11,662 nucleotides of DNA, taken from a virus (lineage: Duplodnaviria; Heunggongvirae; Uroviricota; Caudoviricetes). The notes under the pieces were generated by a model. The model searched no databases and was not told the DNA's origin. It saw only the letters and a program-made list of their open reading frames with translations. The stretch lies in IMG/VR virus record IMGVR_UViG_2695420859_000009. One strand, written 5' to 3'. Position 1 is the first letter of the stretch. Each line of letters starts with the position of its first letter. The translations under genes were made by a program, and so were the position numbers. This document shows, one piece after another, positions 11,401 through 11,662 of this stretch.

Positions 11401-11662
11401 ATGTCGATTAAACATTATGATGTTGTCAGGGCGGCGTCGCCGTCAGACCTTGCGGAAAAGCTGACACACAAACTGAAAGAGGGCTGGCAGCCATACGGCG
11501 GACCGGTTGCCATTACGCCGTACACACTGATGCAGGCGGTGGCTATTGAAGGAGAGCCACAGGTCGGCCCTTCATCTGAGCCGGATTGGTACTACGTCAT
11601 CGTACTGGCCGGGCAGTCCAATGCCATGGCTTACGGTGAAGGGCTTCCGCTGCCGGATTCAT
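11401..11662 (+). CDS. N-terminus of a NanS-p-like prophage sialate O-acetylesterase (DUF1737-type N-terminal domain, then start of SASA esterase domain); continues past the window end
   Basis: ATG 11401 with GGGAGA SD. Translation MSIKHYDVVRAASPSDLAEKLTHKLKEGWQPYGGPVAITPYTLMQAVAIEGEPQVGPSSEPDWYYVIVLAGQSNAMAYGEGLPLPDS includes the GQSN esterase motif. In Stx-type lambdoid phages this gene follows the Q-tRNA-stx region. Confidence 0.7.
   Translation, partial: MSIKHYDVVRAASPSDLAEKLTHKLKEGWQPYGGPVAITPYTLMQAVAIEGEPQVGPSSEPDWYYVIVLAGQSNAMAYGEGLPLPDS

Overview
The window reads as a segment of a lambdoid (Rac/Qin-like) enterobacterial prophage. All calls are from reading the sequence and the ORF track; family names are from memory, with no searches run. 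Left to right: (1) three small leftward genes, including a diverged 2 x 335 bp tandem duplication; (2) an immunity switch: a RacR-like repressor (minus) divergent from ydaS/ydaT-like genes (plus), with a recurring TACC-N4-GGTA operator-like palindrome at both promoter regions; (3) a lambda-O-like replication initiator with two GTCACG iteron clusters and an AT-rich tract inside the gene; (4) an accessory island: a small basic gene, AT-rich promoter-like DNA, then a 932-aa ORF with an N-terminal PD-(D/E)xK-like region, a P-loop/GLPL STAND-type NTPase core, a long helical C-terminal region and a terminal SEC-C zinc motif, followed by a Hok-family toxin; (5) rem-like, ydfU-like (DUF968, HNH-type motif), RusA resolvase and a Q-like antiterminator; (6) a late promoter/terminator, three tRNAs (CAU, UCG, UCU), a decayed TerB-like gene, and the 5' end of a NanS-p-like esterase. 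The 932-aa gene is the strongest candidate for a poorly described single-gene antiphage system, sitting where K-12 Qin carries relBE beside hokD.
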